DNA from: Acidobacteriota bacterium
Lineage (GTDB): Bacteria > Acidobacteriota > UBA6911 > RPQK01 > JAJDTT01
NCBI GenBank assembly: GCA_965209055.1
Contig: OZ242374.1
Location: 448,001 to 512,000, forward strand
Direction: 5' to 3'
DNA: 64,000 nt
In this document: piece by piece, positions 1 to 9,980 of the stretch
How the letters are laid out: every line of letters starts with the position of its first letter
How positions within the stretch are numbered: the stretch's first letter is position 1
Made by a program: the position numbers and the translations under genes
The notes under the pieces: model-generated
What the model was told of the DNA's origin: nothing
Database searches by the model: none
Seen by the model: the letters and a program-made list of their open reading frames with translations, nothing else

Positions 1-637
1 CCTGGGGAAGACCGTCTACGAGTTCGAAGACCAGGTCTACGTCGACGACACGGGTTACCGTCCCTTCGTGGAACAGGGGAAGTCCCTCTACCAGCACACG
101 ATTCCCCTGAGGTCGGGGCGCTACAAGCTGGACTGGGTGGTCCGCGACGTTCACTCCGGAAAGATCGGTACTTCGGTCCATTCCATCGTGGTGCCGCCCA
201 AGCCGGAGGCGGAGCTCTTCACCAGCACGCTGATCCTGGCCGACCGGATTCGAGTCCAGCAGGAGCCCGATCCGCTGGAGCCCTTCGCCACCCTTTCCGG
301 ACTCAAGGTCTATCCCAACCTCCAGAAGAATACGTTCCCGGCCGGAGAGCGGGTCGGACTCTACTTCGAGATCTACAACTTCTCCGTCGACTCCGCCACC
401 GGGGAAGCGGACCTGAGGATTCCGCTTCGCGTCCTGGACCGAAACGGACAGGTGGTCCAGGAGATCCGCCTGGATCACGTGGGCCTGACCTACCTGGGAG
501 AACGGGCGTCGGCCTCGACCCATCTCTATATTGACGGCGTCGGGGAATACCGGGCCGAGATCTCCATTGAGGACCTGATCTCGGGCCGGAAGAAGGACAT
601 GAGCGTCCGATTTCGAATCCAGGACAGTTCGGGTTGA
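1..637 (+). CDS. C-terminal part of a GWxTD-domain-type (Acidobacterial) protein, 5' truncated by the window edge
   Basis: Frame is open from base 2 to TGA 637. The C-terminus (GRYKLDWVVRDVHSGKIG...STLILAD...VYPN...F...LYFEIYN...GEYRAEISIEDLISG) matches the typical tail of GWxTD proteins; the GWxTD motif itself is outside the window. Confidence 0.65.
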   Translation, partial: LGKTVYEFEDQVYVDDTGYRPFVEQGKSLYQHTIPLRSGRYKLDWVVRDVHSGKIGTSVHSIVVPPKPEAELFTSTLILADRIRVQQEPDPLEPFATLSGLKVYPNLQKNTFPAGERVGLYFEIYNFSVDSATGEADLRIPLRVLDRNGQVVQEIRLDHVGLTYLGERASASTHLYIDGVGEYRAEISIEDLISGRKKDMSVRFRIQDSSG

Positions 638-3600
638 AACCGGGACGGGCCGGGACGAGGCTGACGCAGGCCGTCCGGTTCGCCGCAGTCCTGGCCGCAG
701 TTCTCACCGGCGGCTGCATCGACGCGGAACCTCCCTACTCTCCGGAAGCCGCTCTCCAATCCTTTCAACTGGCTCCGGGTTTCCGGATCGAGCTGGCGGC
801 CGCCGAACCGCAAGTGGTGGATCCCGTCTCCATGGCGTTCGACGAGCGTGGCCGGCTGTTCGTCGTCGAGATGAGGGACTACCCGATCTCCGACAAGCCG
901 CTCTCCAGGATCAAGCTGCTCGAGGACCGGGACGGCGACGGCCGGTTCGAGCACGCCAGCGTGTTCGTCGACGGGCTTCACATGGCCCATGGCGTATTGC
1001 CCTGGAAGGGCGGGATCCTGGTCGCCTGCGCCCCCGACATCCTCCATTTCACCGATACCGACGGCGACGGGCGGGCCGACCGGCGCAAGGTGATCCTGAC
1101 CGGATTCGCGCTGGTCAATCCACAGCTCCGCATCAACACGCCGCTCTATGAGATGGACAATTGGATCTACGCCGCCTATCCGAGATTCGGAGTCGGCCGG
1201 CGTTTCAAGCAGTTCAGCGATCAGGGCCAGCCGATCCATTTCCCCGGTCACCCTGAGGTCGCACCCGTCGATGTCTTCGAGCGGCGGTCCGATATTCGCT
1301 TCAAACCGGACAAGCTGCGGATCGAGCCGGTCACCGGCAATTCCGAGTTCGGTCAAGCCTTCAATGCCCGCGGCCACCGGTTCCCCTCCTGGAACAACAA
1401 TCACCTGAGACATTCCGTCATCGAAATTCGCTACCTGGACCGTAATCCTCATCTCCAGGTCGAGAATCCCATGCAGACCGTGTCCGACCACGGGCAGCCG
1501 GCCCCGGTCTACCCCATCACCGACGATCCGCACCTTCAGAACATTCGCCAGACCCGCCTGTTGAAGGAACTCGGCCACTTCACTTCCGCCTGCGGCCAGA
1601 GCATCTATGCGGGCGGCCGTTTCCCCGAGCCGTACGGCGGGGCCTATTTCATCGCGGAGCCGGCCCACAACCTGGTGCACAGCGATATTTTGTCGGCGAG
1701 GGGGGCGACCTACACCGGCGCCGGCGCCTTCGGAAAATCGGAGTTCCTGGCTTCCCGGGACAGTTGGTTCATGCCCGTCTTCACCACGACCGGTCCCGAC
1801 GGGGCCCTGTACGTGGCCGATTTTTACCGCAAGATCGTCGAGCACCCCGAATGGATTCGTGGGGACTTCGTCGACGATTACGAACTGTTTTACGCGGGTC
1901 AGGATCGCGGCCGGATCTACCGGATCGTCCACGGCCAGCCGGAGCCGGCCGAGGCGCCCCGGCTCGACCGGGCGGGCGCTGCGGAACTCGTCGGCCGGCT
2001 CTCCCATCCCAACCGGTGGTGGCGGCTCACGGCCCAGCGGCTCCTGGTCGAGCGCCAGGAGCCGTCGGCGATTCCCCGCCTGGTGGAGCTCGCCCGCGGC
2101 GGCGCCTCGACCCGGGGCCGAATGCATGCCCTCTGGACGCTGGAGGGGCTGGATGCCCTGGACGCCGGCCTGGTTTTGGCCGGTTTGGGAGACGAAAGCC
2201 CGGAGGTACGGGAGCAGGCGATCCGGATCGGTGAATCCTATCTTTCGGACCGCCGCGTCGTGGACCGGATGATGGAGATGACCGGGGACCCGGACGATCG
2301 GGTTCGTTTCCAGTTGGCCTGCACCCTGGGGGAACTTCCTGCCGGGGACTCCTTCGAACCGCTGCTGAAGATCGTCCATGACCACATGGAGGACCCCTGG
2401 TTTCAGGTCGCCGCGCTCAGCGCCGCCGGCGAACACACGGTCGGGTGGTTTCGCGCCGTGGTCGGGAACCGGGACTTCGCGTCCCGGGAGACGGAGGGCC
2501 GGCAGCTTTTCCTGCGCCGTCTGGGGGCCATGATCGGAGCCCGCCAGAAGGCTCGGGAGCTGACGGCGGTGCTGGCGACCGTGGGAAGGGCCGCAGCGGA
2601 CGCGGACCTGTGGTGGCCCGCTCCGAGCGTGGAAGGGCTGGCGGAGGGATTGAAGCGCGGGACCGAACCGGAAGTCGACCTTCCCCGCCAGGCACAGCGG
2701 ATCCTGTTGGAGCTGCTGTCCGGACCAAACCGGTTGGGATCGGCGGCCCTTGAGATGGCGGAAGGAGTCCGGCTGTCGAACACGCTCCAATTCCGGTCAT
2801 TGATACGGCAGGCTGCGGCGGTGGCCGCCGACGAGGAAGCCGGCTTGGATTCCCGGGTCCACGCCATCCGGTTGGCGGCCCTGGACCCCACGCGGGCGGA
2901 CTACGCGCTGTTGGCCGGGCTGCTGCAACCCAGCCAGCCGGAAGAGATTCAGATGGCGGCGACCCGCGCTCTGGTCGTCCTGCCCCATCCCAGATCGACC
3001 GATGTTCTTCTGGAAGCCTGGCGGTCGTTCACGGCTCCGCTCCGGAACGCGGCGCTGGACGGGTTGCTCAGGGAACCGGAGCGGGTGCCCAGCCTGCTGG
3101 ACGCCGTCGAGGCCGGGAGCGTCCAGCCGTGGACCATCCGGGGCGTCCGGCGGGGCCGCCTGTTTCGGATCTCGGAGGGGGAGACCCTGGAGCGCGCCAG
3201 GACTCTACTGCGGAGTTCTCCTCCCGACCTGAGGGTGCTGATGGACCAGTATGGCGCCGCCGCCCGCACCACCGGGGACGCCGCTTCAGGACGTGAGGTC
3301 TTCAAACGGAATTGCAGCCAGTGTCACAAGGTGGGCGAGACCGGATCGGAGGTCGGACCGGACCTGCTCAGCCTCTCCGGCCGCACCAAGTACGAATTCC
3401 TGGAAAACATCCTCGACCCCAACTCCAACATCGTCCCCGGCTATGAGGAGTACCTGGTCGAGACCAACGACGGACGCGCCCTGACGGGCGTGATGGCCAA
3501 CCAGGGACCGGCCACGGTCACCCTGAGGCGGAGCGAGGGAGAAGAGGACACGATCTCCCGAAGCCAGATCGCCAACCTCCGCTCGCTGGGAGTGTCGGCC

Positions 3601-3690
3601 ATGCCGGAGGGTGTCCAGGAGGACATCACCGTCCAGCAGATGACCGACCTTCTCGAGTACCTGACCCGCCTGGGGGCGGCGACTTTCTAG
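634..3690 (+). CDS. PVC-type membrane-bound dehydrogenase-like protein with HEAT repeats and C-terminal c-type heme (CxxCH) domain
   Basis: Lipoprotein-like N-terminus (LTGGC), GFRIELAAAEPQVVDPVSMAFDERGRLFV propeller start, DTDGDGRAD repeats, HEAT-like middle region, NCSQCH heme motif followed by GPDL...ILDPN...SAMPEG. Confidence 0.85.
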   Translation: MKPGRAGTRLTQAVRFAAVLAAVLTGGCIDAEPPYSPEAALQSFQLAPGFRIELAAAEPQVVDPVSMAFDERGRLFVVEMRDYPISDKPLSRIKLLEDRDGDGRFEHASVFVDGLHMAHGVLPWKGGILVACAPDILHFTDTDGDGRADRRKVILTGFALVNPQLRINTPLYEMDNWIYAAYPRFGVGRRFKQFSDQGQPIHFPGHPEVAPVDVFERRSDIRFKPDKLRIEPVTGNSEFGQAFNARGHRFPSWNNNHLRHSVIEIRYLDRNPHLQVENPMQTVSDHGQPAPVYPITDDPHLQNIRQTRLLKELGHFTSACGQSIYAGGRFPEPYGGAYFIAEPAHNLVHSDILSARGATYTGAGAFGKSEFLASRDSWFMPVFTTTGPDGALYVADFYRKIVEHPEWIRGDFVDDYELFYAGQDRGRIYRIVHGQPEPAEAPRLDRAGAAELVGRLSHPNRWWRLTAQRLLVERQEPSAIPRLVELARGGASTRGRMHALWTLEGLDALDAGLVLAGLGDESPEVREQAIRIGESYLSDRRVVDRMMEMTGDPDDRVRFQLACTLGELPAGDSFEPLLKIVHDHMEDPWFQVAALSAAGEHTVGWFRAVVGNRDFASRETEGRQLFLRRLGAMIGARQKARELTAVLATVGRAAADADLWWPAPSVEGLAEGLKRGTEPEVDLPRQAQRILLELLSGPNRLGSAALEMAEGVRLSNTLQFRSLIRQAAAVAADEEAGLDSRVHAIRLAALDPTRADYALLAGLLQPSQPEEIQMAATRALVVLPHPRSTDVLLEAWRSFTAPLRNAALDGLLREPERVPSLLDAVEAGSVQPWTIRGVRRGRLFRISEGETLERARTLLRSSPPDLRVLMDQYGAAARTTGDAASGREVFKRNCSQCHKVGETGSEVGPDLLSLSGRTKYEFLENILDPNSNIVPGYEEYLVETNDGRALTGVMANQGPATVTLRRSEGEEDTISRSQIANLRSLGVSAMPEGVQEDITVQQMTDLLEYLTRLGAATF

Positions 3691-3724
3691 TCGCCGAACA
3701 GGAACGGCGGTTTCCTAACCGCCG
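3671..3724. repeat. Two adjacent REP-like palindromes (CGGCGACT-TTCT-AGTCGCCG; CGGCGGTT-TCCT-AACCGCCG)
   Basis: Hairpins read directly; same family as 5003-5160 and 22147-22176; the first contains the TAG stop of the upstream gene. Confidence 0.75.
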
Positions 3725-3813
3725 AACTCCAGAGTAACAACCCACCGAACCCGCACCGGAAGACCGAAAAATCCCCTCCCACCCTTCCCCGCAAGAAAAG
3801 GGACCGACCAATT

Positions 3814-4971
3814 TCACTCCTCCACTACCAGCACTCGATCCCCTTGCTCCCGATCCTCCCGCTCCTGTTTCTGACGAAGCTCCTCAAACCTCTTCAGCGA
3901 CCGCTTCGCCTTCTCGGTCAGGCCCTGCCTGGAATAGAGCCGGCCCAACTCGAGATGGGCCTCCTTCAACTCCGGTTCCAGCCGCACTGCGTTGTCCAAC
4001 GCGGATTCCGCGCCTTCGATCTCCCCGGAATCTGCCATCGCCTTCCCCAACTGGTAGTGGACTCGAGCGTCGTCGCCCCTCAACTCGAGGCATTTCCTGA
4101 GTTGGGACACGGCCTCGGTCTTGCGTCCCAGCCGGGCGAGCAGCACCGCGTAGAGATAGCGCGAGTCGACGTCTCCACCGTTGACCTTGAGCGCGCTCCG
4201 CAAAACCGGCTCGGCCTCCTCCAACTGCCCACTTTCCAGCAACGAACCGGCCAGCGCCGCGTAGACCCCAGGGAAGGCCGCGTCCTGCCGGATGACTCGC
4301 CGGAACTCCTGCTGCGCCAGCCGGCTCTTCAACTGCTTCTGGTAGCAGACCCCCAGTTCGAAGCGGATCGCCGCCGACCGCGGCAGTTGCTGAAGACCGT
4401 AATTGAGAATCTTCTCGGCCCCGGAATAAGCCTGACCCCGCGACAGAACCTGGGCGTATTCCAGATAGAACGACTCGTTTTCCGGCTCCCTGAGCATCGC
4501 CTGCTCGAAGTTGGAAACGGCCGCGTCGAATTGCTGCGCCTCGAACTGCACCCGCCCCAGCAGGAAGCGGGCCCGTGCGTTGTCCGGATCCAGGCTCGTG
4601 CTCTTCCGCAGCTCAGCGATCGCTTGCCGGAGCTGTCCCTGGCGCGCCAGGACGAACCCGAGCCCAGCCAGCAACTTCGGGTCGTCCGGCGTCTGACGCA
4701 GCGCTTGTTCGTAGGCGTCCCGGGCGGCGGGCCAATCCTCGAGTCCGGCGCACACCCCTGCGAGCATGGCCCATAGCTGCGGAGACTGCGGGTTCCCTTG
4801 TACGGCCCGGTCGAGCAGAAGCCGGGCCCCGGCCAGGTCGCCCGAGTTGAGAAGAGCCTGCACGTGCTGGAAATCCACCGTCTGAGCCCAGAGGACCGAG
4901 CTCAGAACGAAGGTCGCGATCACGACACTCGGGGAGGGGAACGATACTGGCAGAGGCTCTTCAACCATCAC
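3814..4971 (-). CDS. Tetratricopeptide repeat protein, secreted
   Basis: Signal-peptide-like N-terminus and multiple TPR helix pairs (e.g. ARARFLLGRVQFEAQQFDAAVSNFEQAMLREP). Confidence 0.85.
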   Translation of the reverse strand: MMVEEPLPVSFPSPSVVIATFVLSSVLWAQTVDFQHVQALLNSGDLAGARLLLDRAVQGNPQSPQLWAMLAGVCAGLEDWPAARDAYEQALRQTPDDPKLLAGLGFVLARQGQLRQAIAELRKSTSLDPDNARARFLLGRVQFEAQQFDAAVSNFEQAMLREPENESFYLEYAQVLSRGQAYSGAEKILNYGLQQLPRSAAIRFELGVCYQKQLKSRLAQQEFRRVIRQDAAFPGVYAALAGSLLESGQLEEAEPVLRSALKVNGGDVDSRYLYAVLLARLGRKTEAVSQLRKCLELRGDDARVHYQLGKAMADSGEIEGAESALDNAVRLEPELKEAHLELGRLYSRQGLTEKAKRSLKRFEELRQKQEREDREQGDRVLVVEE

Positions 4972-5002
4972 AGTAGGGGACAGCGTTGCCCCGGTACACT
5001 CC

Positions 5003-5160
5003 GGAATCGGCGGTTAGGAAACCGCCGCCCCACCTTGGAAACGGCGGTTAGGAAACCGCCGCCCCACCTTGGAAACGGCGGTTGGGAAACCGCCGCTCCA
5101 CCTTGGAATCGGCGGTTGGGAAACCGCCGCTCCACATGGGCTGGGAAACCGCCGCTCCAC
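5003..5160. repeat. Tandem array of 34-bp REP-like units (4 full + 1 partial): GGAAWCGGCGGTTRGGAAACCGCCGCYCCACCTT
   Basis: Units start at 5003, 5037, 5071, 5105, plus a partial unit at ~5141; each holds the palindrome CGGCGGTT-RGGA-AACCGCCG; no unique spacers. Confidence 0.9.
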
Positions 5161-5172
5161 GCTGACCCGGAC

Positions 5173-7320
5173 TCAATTCAGTTTCCTGGGCACGCTCACC
5201 GACCAGCTCTTGTTGGTGTGACTCTTGCCGTTGACCCGGACCTCCACTTGGCCCATATGGTGGAAAGCCTTCGAGTCGCTCCTCGTCACCTCGTTCGCCT
5301 CCACCCGGACCTCCATGCCGGGACGGTCCATGGACCGGATGGTGCGGGCCTTGAGCACGGCGTTGGCAGGTTCTTTCGACGACACCGTGAAGCTCGACTC
5401 GATGATCCGGCCGTACTCCCGATCGTCAATGGACAATCGGACCGTCGCTGTCTCGTTCACCAGGTCCCGGGTGATGGAGTACTCCGTGGGCTTGGCGAGG
5501 ATGTCGGGATCCGCAGGCGGCAGGATCTTCAGATCCGGCGGCGGGAGGCGCGGGCTCTGGCGCCCGATGACGGGGAGGATGATCCGGGAAGGGAAGCGCC
5601 CCCCTCGATGGATCGTGTTGGTGGCGCTCTGCGCTGTGGGCCAGGCGTTCTGGATATCGGCGCTGGTGACGGCCACCCGGATCCGGTGCCCCGGTGCGAA
5701 GACGTACGAAATCGTCTTCAACTCGACTTTGATTTCGTAAGTCTTTCCCGGCTCCAGGGGTTCCGGCTCGAAATGCGAGTCGCGATGCGTCGCATTGAGT
5801 CCCCCGTAGCGGACCAGCTTGGAAGTCCCGTCCGGGGCCACGTCGATGAGCTTGACGCGAAAATAGGCGACCTCGGCAGTGGAGGAGACGTTGAGCATCG
5901 CCGTGGGCGTCCCCGTCACTTCCAGTTCCTCTTCCAGCGGGGGTGTCGTATAGGTCAGGGAGAGGGCTTCGTCCAGCCGCTGATCGATGGGCATTCCCCA
6001 GGGCAGGACGCCGCCGCCCCAGTGAATTCCGGACGTGAGTCCCACTACGGGATCGTATTCATACTCGTCGCGGCCTTCGGCGGCGTCTTCCTCACGACTT
6101 AGCCCGCCGCCGGAGTGGAAGTAAAGCGGTGTCGGCCGGGTGCGGGCGATGGGCCACTCCCGCTCCGACCGCCAGGACCCGGGCTCCTCCAGGTACATCC
6201 GGGCCGACGGCTTCTTGTACTTCTTGACGAAAATGGTCACCGGCGGTTCGTCCATGACGCCGTTGTCGATCTCCTTGAGCCAGTAGTCGAACCACTTCAC
6301 GTACTCGATGCCGCCCTCGATCCGGGGTCCGGGGACCGCCCGCTCCACCTCCGGCCACCAGTGTCCCCAGGGACCGATCAGCGCCCGTTTGGGGACTTTC
6401 AAATTCGAGTAGGCTCGCAGCAGCGCGGTGGGATAGACGTCCGACCAGCCCCCGATCACGTAGACGGCGCACTTGACCCGGTTGAAATCCTTCGCCAATG
6501 ACCGGTCCTGCCAGTAGGGGCCGTTCTGCTGGTGGGAGATGTAGCCGATGCCCCAGGGCTCGCTCTTTTCCAACCGCTCCTGCCAGATCTCGCTCCACTT
6601 GGGGCCGGCGATGTCCGGATTGGGCGGAAGCATATTGGAGGCCGTCATCAGGGGAGAGAAGGTGTCGAACATGTAGGGCCGGAGGACGCCGCCGGGATAG
6701 GTCCACTCGGTGTAGACGTCGTCGTTGGCGGAGCGGACGATGATGGCCTTGAGGCTGGGAGGCGCCTGCACCGCCACCTGCCACTGCACCACGCCTCCGT
6801 AGGAGATGCCGATCATGCCCACGTTGCCGTTGCACCACGGTTGGCCGGCGATCCATTCCACCATCTCGTAGCCGTCCCGCCGCTCGTCGGCGGAATAGAT
6901 GTCCTTGGTCCAGCCTCCCGAATTTCCGGTCCCGCGGACCTCGTACTGAACGACGGCATAGCCCCTTTCCGCCAGGTAGGGCGTGGGTCCGACCGGCCAG
7001 GGGAAGCCCAGGTCCTCCGAGTCGTTCAGAAAACGGTAGGGGTAGTACATCATCACCCCGGGGAACCGGCCTTCGGCGTCGGGACGCACGATCTTGGCGG
7101 CCAGCTCGACGCCGTCCCGCATGGGAACCCGTACAAATTCCACTTTTAGATTATTTTTATATTTTGGTTCAGACATCTGTGCTTTCGAATGAACGATTGA
7201 TGGAGACAGGGAAAGCAGAAATAGTGCAATAAAAACGAGCCGGCCCCATTCTTCCGGCTTCGATCGAGGCCTTATCATGCAATCGTCACGATGCAATTCC
7301 ATAAATCTATTCTCCATCAA
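5173..7320 (-). CDS. CocE/NonD family serine hydrolase (X-Pro dipeptidyl-peptidase-like)
   Basis: VRVPMRDGVELAA, RGTGNSGG, WCNGNVGMIGISYGG (GxSYxG nucleophile), GPWGH, C-terminal PepX-like domain; exact start uncertain. Confidence 0.9.
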   Translation of the reverse strand: MMENRFMELHRDDCMIRPRSKPEEWGRLVFIALFLLSLSPSIVHSKAQMSEPKYKNNLKVEFVRVPMRDGVELAAKIVRPDAEGRFPGVMMYYPYRFLNDSEDLGFPWPVGPTPYLAERGYAVVQYEVRGTGNSGGWTKDIYSADERRDGYEMVEWIAGQPWCNGNVGMIGISYGGVVQWQVAVQAPPSLKAIIVRSANDDVYTEWTYPGGVLRPYMFDTFSPLMTASNMLPPNPDIAGPKWSEIWQERLEKSEPWGIGYISHQQNGPYWQDRSLAKDFNRVKCAVYVIGGWSDVYPTALLRAYSNLKVPKRALIGPWGHWWPEVERAVPGPRIEGGIEYVKWFDYWLKEIDNGVMDEPPVTIFVKKYKKPSARMYLEEPGSWRSEREWPIARTRPTPLYFHSGGGLSREEDAAEGRDEYEYDPVVGLTSGIHWGGGVLPWGMPIDQRLDEALSLTYTTPPLEEELEVTGTPTAMLNVSSTAEVAYFRVKLIDVAPDGTSKLVRYGGLNATHRDSHFEPEPLEPGKTYEIKVELKTISYVFAPGHRIRVAVTSADIQNAWPTAQSATNTIHRGGRFPSRIILPVIGRQSPRLPPPDLKILPPADPDILAKPTEYSITRDLVNETATVRLSIDDREYGRIIESSFTVSSKEPANAVLKARTIRSMDRPGMEVRVEANEVTRSDSKAFHHMGQVEVRVNGKSHTNKSWSVSVPRKLN

Positions 7321-7339
7321 TGAAGTTTATCTACTTGTG

Positions 7340-8563
7340 TCAGTATGCGCTATATGAAGGCGTCCGGGACGGCGAGACCGGACCCGTGATGAGATCCTTG
7401 GGAAAGGAGAAATATCCCCGGGCGCCCACCTCCCTCCCAAACGGGAAGTTCTTGGTGTTCGTCTTGCCCAGCGACACATAGGTTTCGGGGTCGCCGGTTG
7501 TCACGTGGATGTCCAGACCGGCATGACCCCGGAGCCACTCGGGGCTGACCAACCGTTTGCCGCGCCAAATCCCCCGGGTTGCGATCAACAGGCCGAAGCG
7601 GGCCAGATCTTCCGAACTGATCATGAACCAGCCGGGACCGCCTCGAACCACGTTCCCGTTGATCTCGTAGGGAGGATCGACGTACTCGCCATAGTGGGGA
7701 ATGGCGGGATAGAAGTCCTTCGTGTCCTGAAGCACCTTGCCGGGCTTCCATTCCCAGCGGTCGGGAGGGATTCCCATGGGACCGAACAATCGCTCGTCGA
7801 TGACATCCTTCAGGTCCCGGTCCCAGAGGGCGGTCAACGCCTGGCCCAGCCGGACATAGCCTCCGCTGCTGTACCGGGTGACGGTGCCCGGTTCCGTATG
7901 GGAGTAGTTGTCGTAGATCGGGTCCCCCGTCCATTCCACCCAATCCGGGATGGTGCCGTGAATCCAATGCGCCGCCACCTCCGGGTCCCGCTCTCCCGGC
8001 TTGTTCCGCCAGTGGTAACCGCTCTCCAGGATGAATCCGCCCCGGTGGTTGACCAGTTTCCGCCAGGTGAGGGTCTTGTGATGCCCTTCATCCAGGTACT
8101 TGTGGGGATGCGACAGCTCGTCCCGCCCGGTCCAGGTCTTCCAGATGGGTTCGTCCGGATCCACCAGGCCGTCGTCCACGGCCAATCCCAGCAGGGCGCG
8201 GACGAGGCATTTCCCCAGTGACGCCGACTGGGTCTTGTAGGTGGGGTCCCCGAATGCGTAGACGAGGTAGCCCCCGCGGGTCAGGACGGCGCCCCATTCG
8301 TCATCGCCGGGTGCCGTGCCGCCGAAGCCTCCGGGCCGGATACCGGCGGCGGCGAAGATGCGATCCATCCGGCCCGCATCCAGACCCGCGTCGGCCGGAT
8401 CGATCTTCACCCATTCCTCTTCCGGAAACGCGACCCACTCGGGGACTCCGAGTCCATCCCGCCGGCAGGCCGGGAGGACCCCCGCCGCGGTTCCGGCGAA
8501 CGCTCCCAAGGAGAGTGTCTTCAGGCAGTCCCTGCGATTGAGCGGCGGCAGCTTGGAGTCCAT
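7340..8563 (-). CDS. Beta-lactamase-fold serine hydrolase, Tat-exported lipoprotein
   Basis: NRRDCLK twin-arginine motif and LPAC lipobox; SLGK (SxxK), YSS and DLARFGLL motifs. Confidence 0.75.
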   Translation of the reverse strand: MDSKLPPLNRRDCLKTLSLGAFAGTAAGVLPACRRDGLGVPEWVAFPEEEWVKIDPADAGLDAGRMDRIFAAAGIRPGGFGGTAPGDDEWGAVLTRGGYLVYAFGDPTYKTQSASLGKCLVRALLGLAVDDGLVDPDEPIWKTWTGRDELSHPHKYLDEGHHKTLTWRKLVNHRGGFILESGYHWRNKPGERDPEVAAHWIHGTIPDWVEWTGDPIYDNYSHTEPGTVTRYSSGGYVRLGQALTALWDRDLKDVIDERLFGPMGIPPDRWEWKPGKVLQDTKDFYPAIPHYGEYVDPPYEINGNVVRGGPGWFMISSEDLARFGLLIATRGIWRGKRLVSPEWLRGHAGLDIHVTTGDPETYVSLGKTNTKNFPFGREVGARGYFSFPKDLITGPVSPSRTPSYSAY

Positions 8564-8678
8564 TCGGCGTCCCTCCGGCATGAGGCGGGCATGGCAATGT
8601 CGTTGTCCGACTGAGTTATGTTGATATATTACATGGATCGATTGCGATTCGACTCGAGATTCCAACAGAGGATCGACT

Positions 8679-9971
8679 ATGCCAAGAAAAAGTCTGGCGG
8701 CTTCAGTATTGGCCTGCCTTGCGCTCACCCTGGCGGGAGCGGCGCAAGAGGCGCGCCCCGCACAGGAAGACGAATCGTGGGAGCGGCAGGCCCGAGCCTA
8801 CTTGAAGAATATTCTGTACCCGCCGGAGCTGGTGGAGGACTGGATCCTGGGCAGGGCCAGCCTGGGGGAAGCCTACGACGGCGAGCTGGGATGGGTGTTT
8901 CACGACAGGCGGGTCAAACACGGGGTCGATGGATCGATATCGACCTATCGGTATGCGGGCGCCCGCCGAACCATCATGTACGGCGACAACCCTTGCCGGA
9001 TCAACACCTACGGAGACAGTTTCACTCACTGCGACCAGGTCAGTGACGGCGAAACCTGGCAGGAAGTGCTCGCCGCCCACCTGTGCGAACCTCTGCGCAA
9101 CTACGGAGTCGGGGGGTACTCCGTCTACCAGGCCTACCTGAGAATGCTGCGTGAGGAAACCCGTACTCCCGCCCGGTACATCATCTTCAACATCTACGAC
9201 GACGATCACTATCGAAACCTGCATGGCTGGCGCAACGTTCGATTGGGCTATACGACCGGGATGTGGCCGGCCGTGCTCGGCTCCACCATGCCCTATGTCA
9301 CAGCGAATCCCGCAACCAGGCAATTCACGGAGTTCAAGAATCCCTGCCCGACCCCTGAATCGGTCCGCAACCTCAGCGACTTCGACTGGGTGTTCGAGCG
9401 ATTCAAGGACGACTTCGTGCTGAAGATCGTCCTGGCGCAAAGGGACCCGGGGGCGGGCTCCCTGCAGCCGAGCTACGCGGTGATGGAGGAACTGGCCCGG
9501 GAACACGGCCTCCAGGCCAGCATCGGGACTCCGGAAGAGCTGAAACGGACGGCAACGGAGATCTACACCAGAGCCGCGCTGTTCGCCACCATGAGAATCA
9601 TCGAGAAGATCGAGCGCTATGCATCGGCTCAGGGAAAACAAGTCCTCTTCGTTCTCTCCTACGGGCAACGGAACGCGGCAAAGGTGCTGACGACAGGGGA
9701 ACGTTTCGACCAGAGCCTGCTTGATTTTCTAGAGGAGAAGAGGCTGCCGTATGTCGATCTGATGGAGGCGCACGGGCGGGATTTTGCCCAGTTCAAAGTG
9801 ACGGTGGACGAGTACATCAAGCGTTATTGGATCGGCCACTACAATCCCCTGGGCAACTTCTTTCAGGCATTTGCCATCAAGGACAAGCTGGTCGAGCTCC
9901 TCGACCCGAAGCCCGTCAGCTATTCCACCGATCCATCGCAATACATCGAGATGAAGCCCAATCGGAGATGA
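8679..9971 (+). CDS. SGNH/GDSL-like hydrolase family protein, secreted
   Basis: Signal peptide; TYGDSFT, NYGVGGYS and GHYNPLGN blocks. Confidence 0.7.
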   Translation: MPRKSLAASVLACLALTLAGAAQEARPAQEDESWERQARAYLKNILYPPELVEDWILGRASLGEAYDGELGWVFHDRRVKHGVDGSISTYRYAGARRTIMYGDNPCRINTYGDSFTHCDQVSDGETWQEVLAAHLCEPLRNYGVGGYSVYQAYLRMLREETRTPARYIIFNIYDDDHYRNLHGWRNVRLGYTTGMWPAVLGSTMPYVTANPATRQFTEFKNPCPTPESVRNLSDFDWVFERFKDDFVLKIVLAQRDPGAGSLQPSYAVMEELAREHGLQASIGTPEELKRTATEIYTRAALFATMRIIEKIERYASAQGKQVLFVLSYGQRNAAKVLTTGERFDQSLLDFLEEKRLPYVDLMEAHGRDFAQFKVTVDEYIKRYWIGHYNPLGNFFQAFAIKDKLVELLDPKPVSYSTDPSQYIEMKPNRR

Positions 9972-9980
9972 CGAACGCCA

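Noticed and set aside
5003-5160. Possible CRISPR array (34-bp palindromic repeats)
   Set aside because: Repeats are contiguous with no unique spacers, there are no cas genes, and the same unit occurs singly elsewhere as a REP
7140-7340. AT-rich patch at the 5' end of the CocE/NonD gene as an insertion
   Set aside because: The frame stays open and encodes a plausible signal region; no repeats or mobile-element signatures at its borders
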